64,000 bases of DNA from Paludibacteraceae bacterium. GTDB taxonomy: Bacteria; Bacillota_I; Bacilli_A; RFN20; CAG-826. This document shows positions 63,121-64,000 of the stretch, piece by piece. The DNA lies in the NCBI GenBank assembly GCA_963621535.1, contig CAVFEQ010000005.1, positions 3,800 to 67,799 on the forward strand, in the 5' to 3' direction. Every line of letters begins with the position of its first letter. Position 1 is the first letter of the stretch. The notes beneath the pieces were generated by a model that was not told where the DNA came from, ran no database searches, and saw only the letters and a list, made by a program, of their open reading frames with translations. The position numbers and the translations under genes are program-made.

Positions 63121-63794
63121 ATCGAACCTCTCTGCCTAGCGCAATTCAGGCACTGCTCGACGGCCCGCTCGTTTTTCTTGGAGTAATGCGAAAGAGGCGG
63201 CACATCAAGCGTGTGCCTCCCTTGCGTCAGTTCCCGGTCCAGCAAATAGCGGATGTTCCGCAGCTTGAGGAGAAGCGATTTCGCCCCATGCGCAATGATG
63301 ATATCGCCGAAATCGGGATCCATTATGAAACCATCGGACGACAAATTCTTCTTATTTATGACGTAGATATCGACGGCTTTTCTCGCGACAAGGCGCTCTT
63401 CCTCGTCCGTCCAGCCGCTTTTCGATGGGGTTTTAAAGGCGCTCGGAACGTGGGCTACCACTCCAGTCTTCGTGCCGCTTAGGGACGGTTTTTCATTCGC
63501 TCTCACCTTTTCGAATGCCTTCCTGAATATTTCGATGATGACTCCGCTGATTACGTTGACGCCAATCGACACGAGAGCCGGGATAAGCAAGTCAAGCAAA
63601 ATGGATCCCTCCCTGACCCCTTTCACACGCACCGTGGATCTGGCGAGATCCTCACGAAGCTCTGGGCGTCTAATCGAGCAGATCGCCAAAGCCGAATCAA
63701 AGGTCCCGTTTACAAATTCGAGAAACCTAGCAAGGGTCTCGAGCGTCAAGGGCTCATCATAAGTAATGCGGAATTCGAAGACGTCGTTTTCCAT
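63117..63794 (-). CDS. hypothetical protein (225 aa) with one central hydrophobic segment
   Basis: GAGGTG SD 7 nt upstream of the ATG at 63794. Hydrophobic stretch ILLDLLIPALVSIGVNVISGVIIEIF. No motif assigned. It is translationally coupled to the lipoprotein gene. Confidence 0.6.
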   Translation of the reverse strand: MENDVFEFRITYDEPLTLETLARFLEFVNGTFDSALAICSIRRPELREDLARSTVRVKGVREGSILLDLLIPALVSIGVNVISGVIIEIFRKAFEKVRANEKPSLSGTKTGVVAHVPSAFKTPSKSGWTDEEERLVARKAVDIYVINKKNLSSDGFIMDPDFGDIIIAHGAKSLLLKLRNIRYLLDRELTQGRHTLDVPPLSHYSKKNERAVEQCLNCARQRGSI

Positions 63795-63822
63795 GTGATT
63801 GCACCTCTCAAAAAAGAATTGT

Positions 63823-63844
63823 AGAGAGAGAGAGAGAGAGAGAG
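63823..63844. repeat. (AG)11 dinucleotide microsatellite, which reads (CT)11 on the coding strand of the downstream gene
   Basis: Counted directly: 11 perfect AG units. It lies 28 nt upstream of the ATG at 63794 and about 15 nt upstream of its SD. Confidence 0.95.
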
Positions 63845-63883
63845 AAGCAAGCGGAAAATGATGGCCTGTTAGTTCTAATAGTT

Positions 63884-63913
63884 AATGCAGTTCAGGAAAG
63901 GGAAAACTGCATT
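63884..63913. promoter_or_regulatory. perfect 9-bp inverted repeat (AATGCAGTT-12 nt-AACTGCATT) in a TGCA-rich AT-rich region
   Basis: Arms lie at 63884-63892 and 63905-63913. At least five further (A/T)TGCA(A/T)-type motifs follow up to the window end. Confidence 0.4.
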
Positions 63914-64000
63914 TACTCTGCAAACTAGCAAATAACATGATTTCATGCAAAACTTACTGCAGATTTGACATAACTTTTGCATTTAATTGCATTAGACTTG

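Overview
This is a 64-kb chromosomal window, roughly 50% GC by eye. It comes from a lipoprotein-rich, apparently monoderm bacterium (Bacillota/Mollicutes-like), but the taxon cannot be fixed from sequence alone. I call about 52 protein-coding genes and 3 tRNAs. I found no rRNA, CRISPR array, transposase, integrase or phage genes.

Gene content in order:
- A small unknown gene next to a tRNA-Met/tRNA-Ala pair.
- An alpha/beta hydrolase, pdxK, and a MacB-type fused ABC ATPase/permease with a very large extracytoplasmic loop.
- An AAA/DUF4143-type ATPase preceded by a 23-bp tandem repeat.
- The hexuronate catabolic genes uxaC-uxaA-uxaB.
- A divergently transcribed glycan-utilisation locus of about 20 kb (11950-31679). 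It holds an LplABC-type sugar ABC importer, GH2-like and two GH78-like enzymes, an AraC regulator, three paralogues of an unassigned TIM-barrel-like 'DEP-motif' family, and two secreted proteins built from an unassigned repeat module of about 130 aa.
- A 12.3-kb five-gene operon (33201-45472) that encodes only large modular lipoproteins.
- A small lower-GC islet with a polysaccharide deacetylase next to a tRNA-Arg.
- feoA-feoA-feoB with a small membrane protein and a winged-helix regulator.
- An rnfCDGEAB operon with atypical features: a double-length RnfG, a minimal RnfB and an extra Cys-containing mini-ORF. It is followed by apbE, a NusG-domain-II gene and a Gx-transporter gene.
- A further lipoprotein and a ylmH-like gene.
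- A two-gene unit whose lipoprotein gene carries an in-frame TAG and whose upstream region carries an (AG)11 microsatellite.

Thirteen ORFs carry clear lipoboxes. The best candidates for undescribed biology are the lipoprotein-only operon, the unassigned protein families inside the glycan locus, and the atypical Rnf complex. All functional calls rest on motif recognition by eye; no database search was possible.
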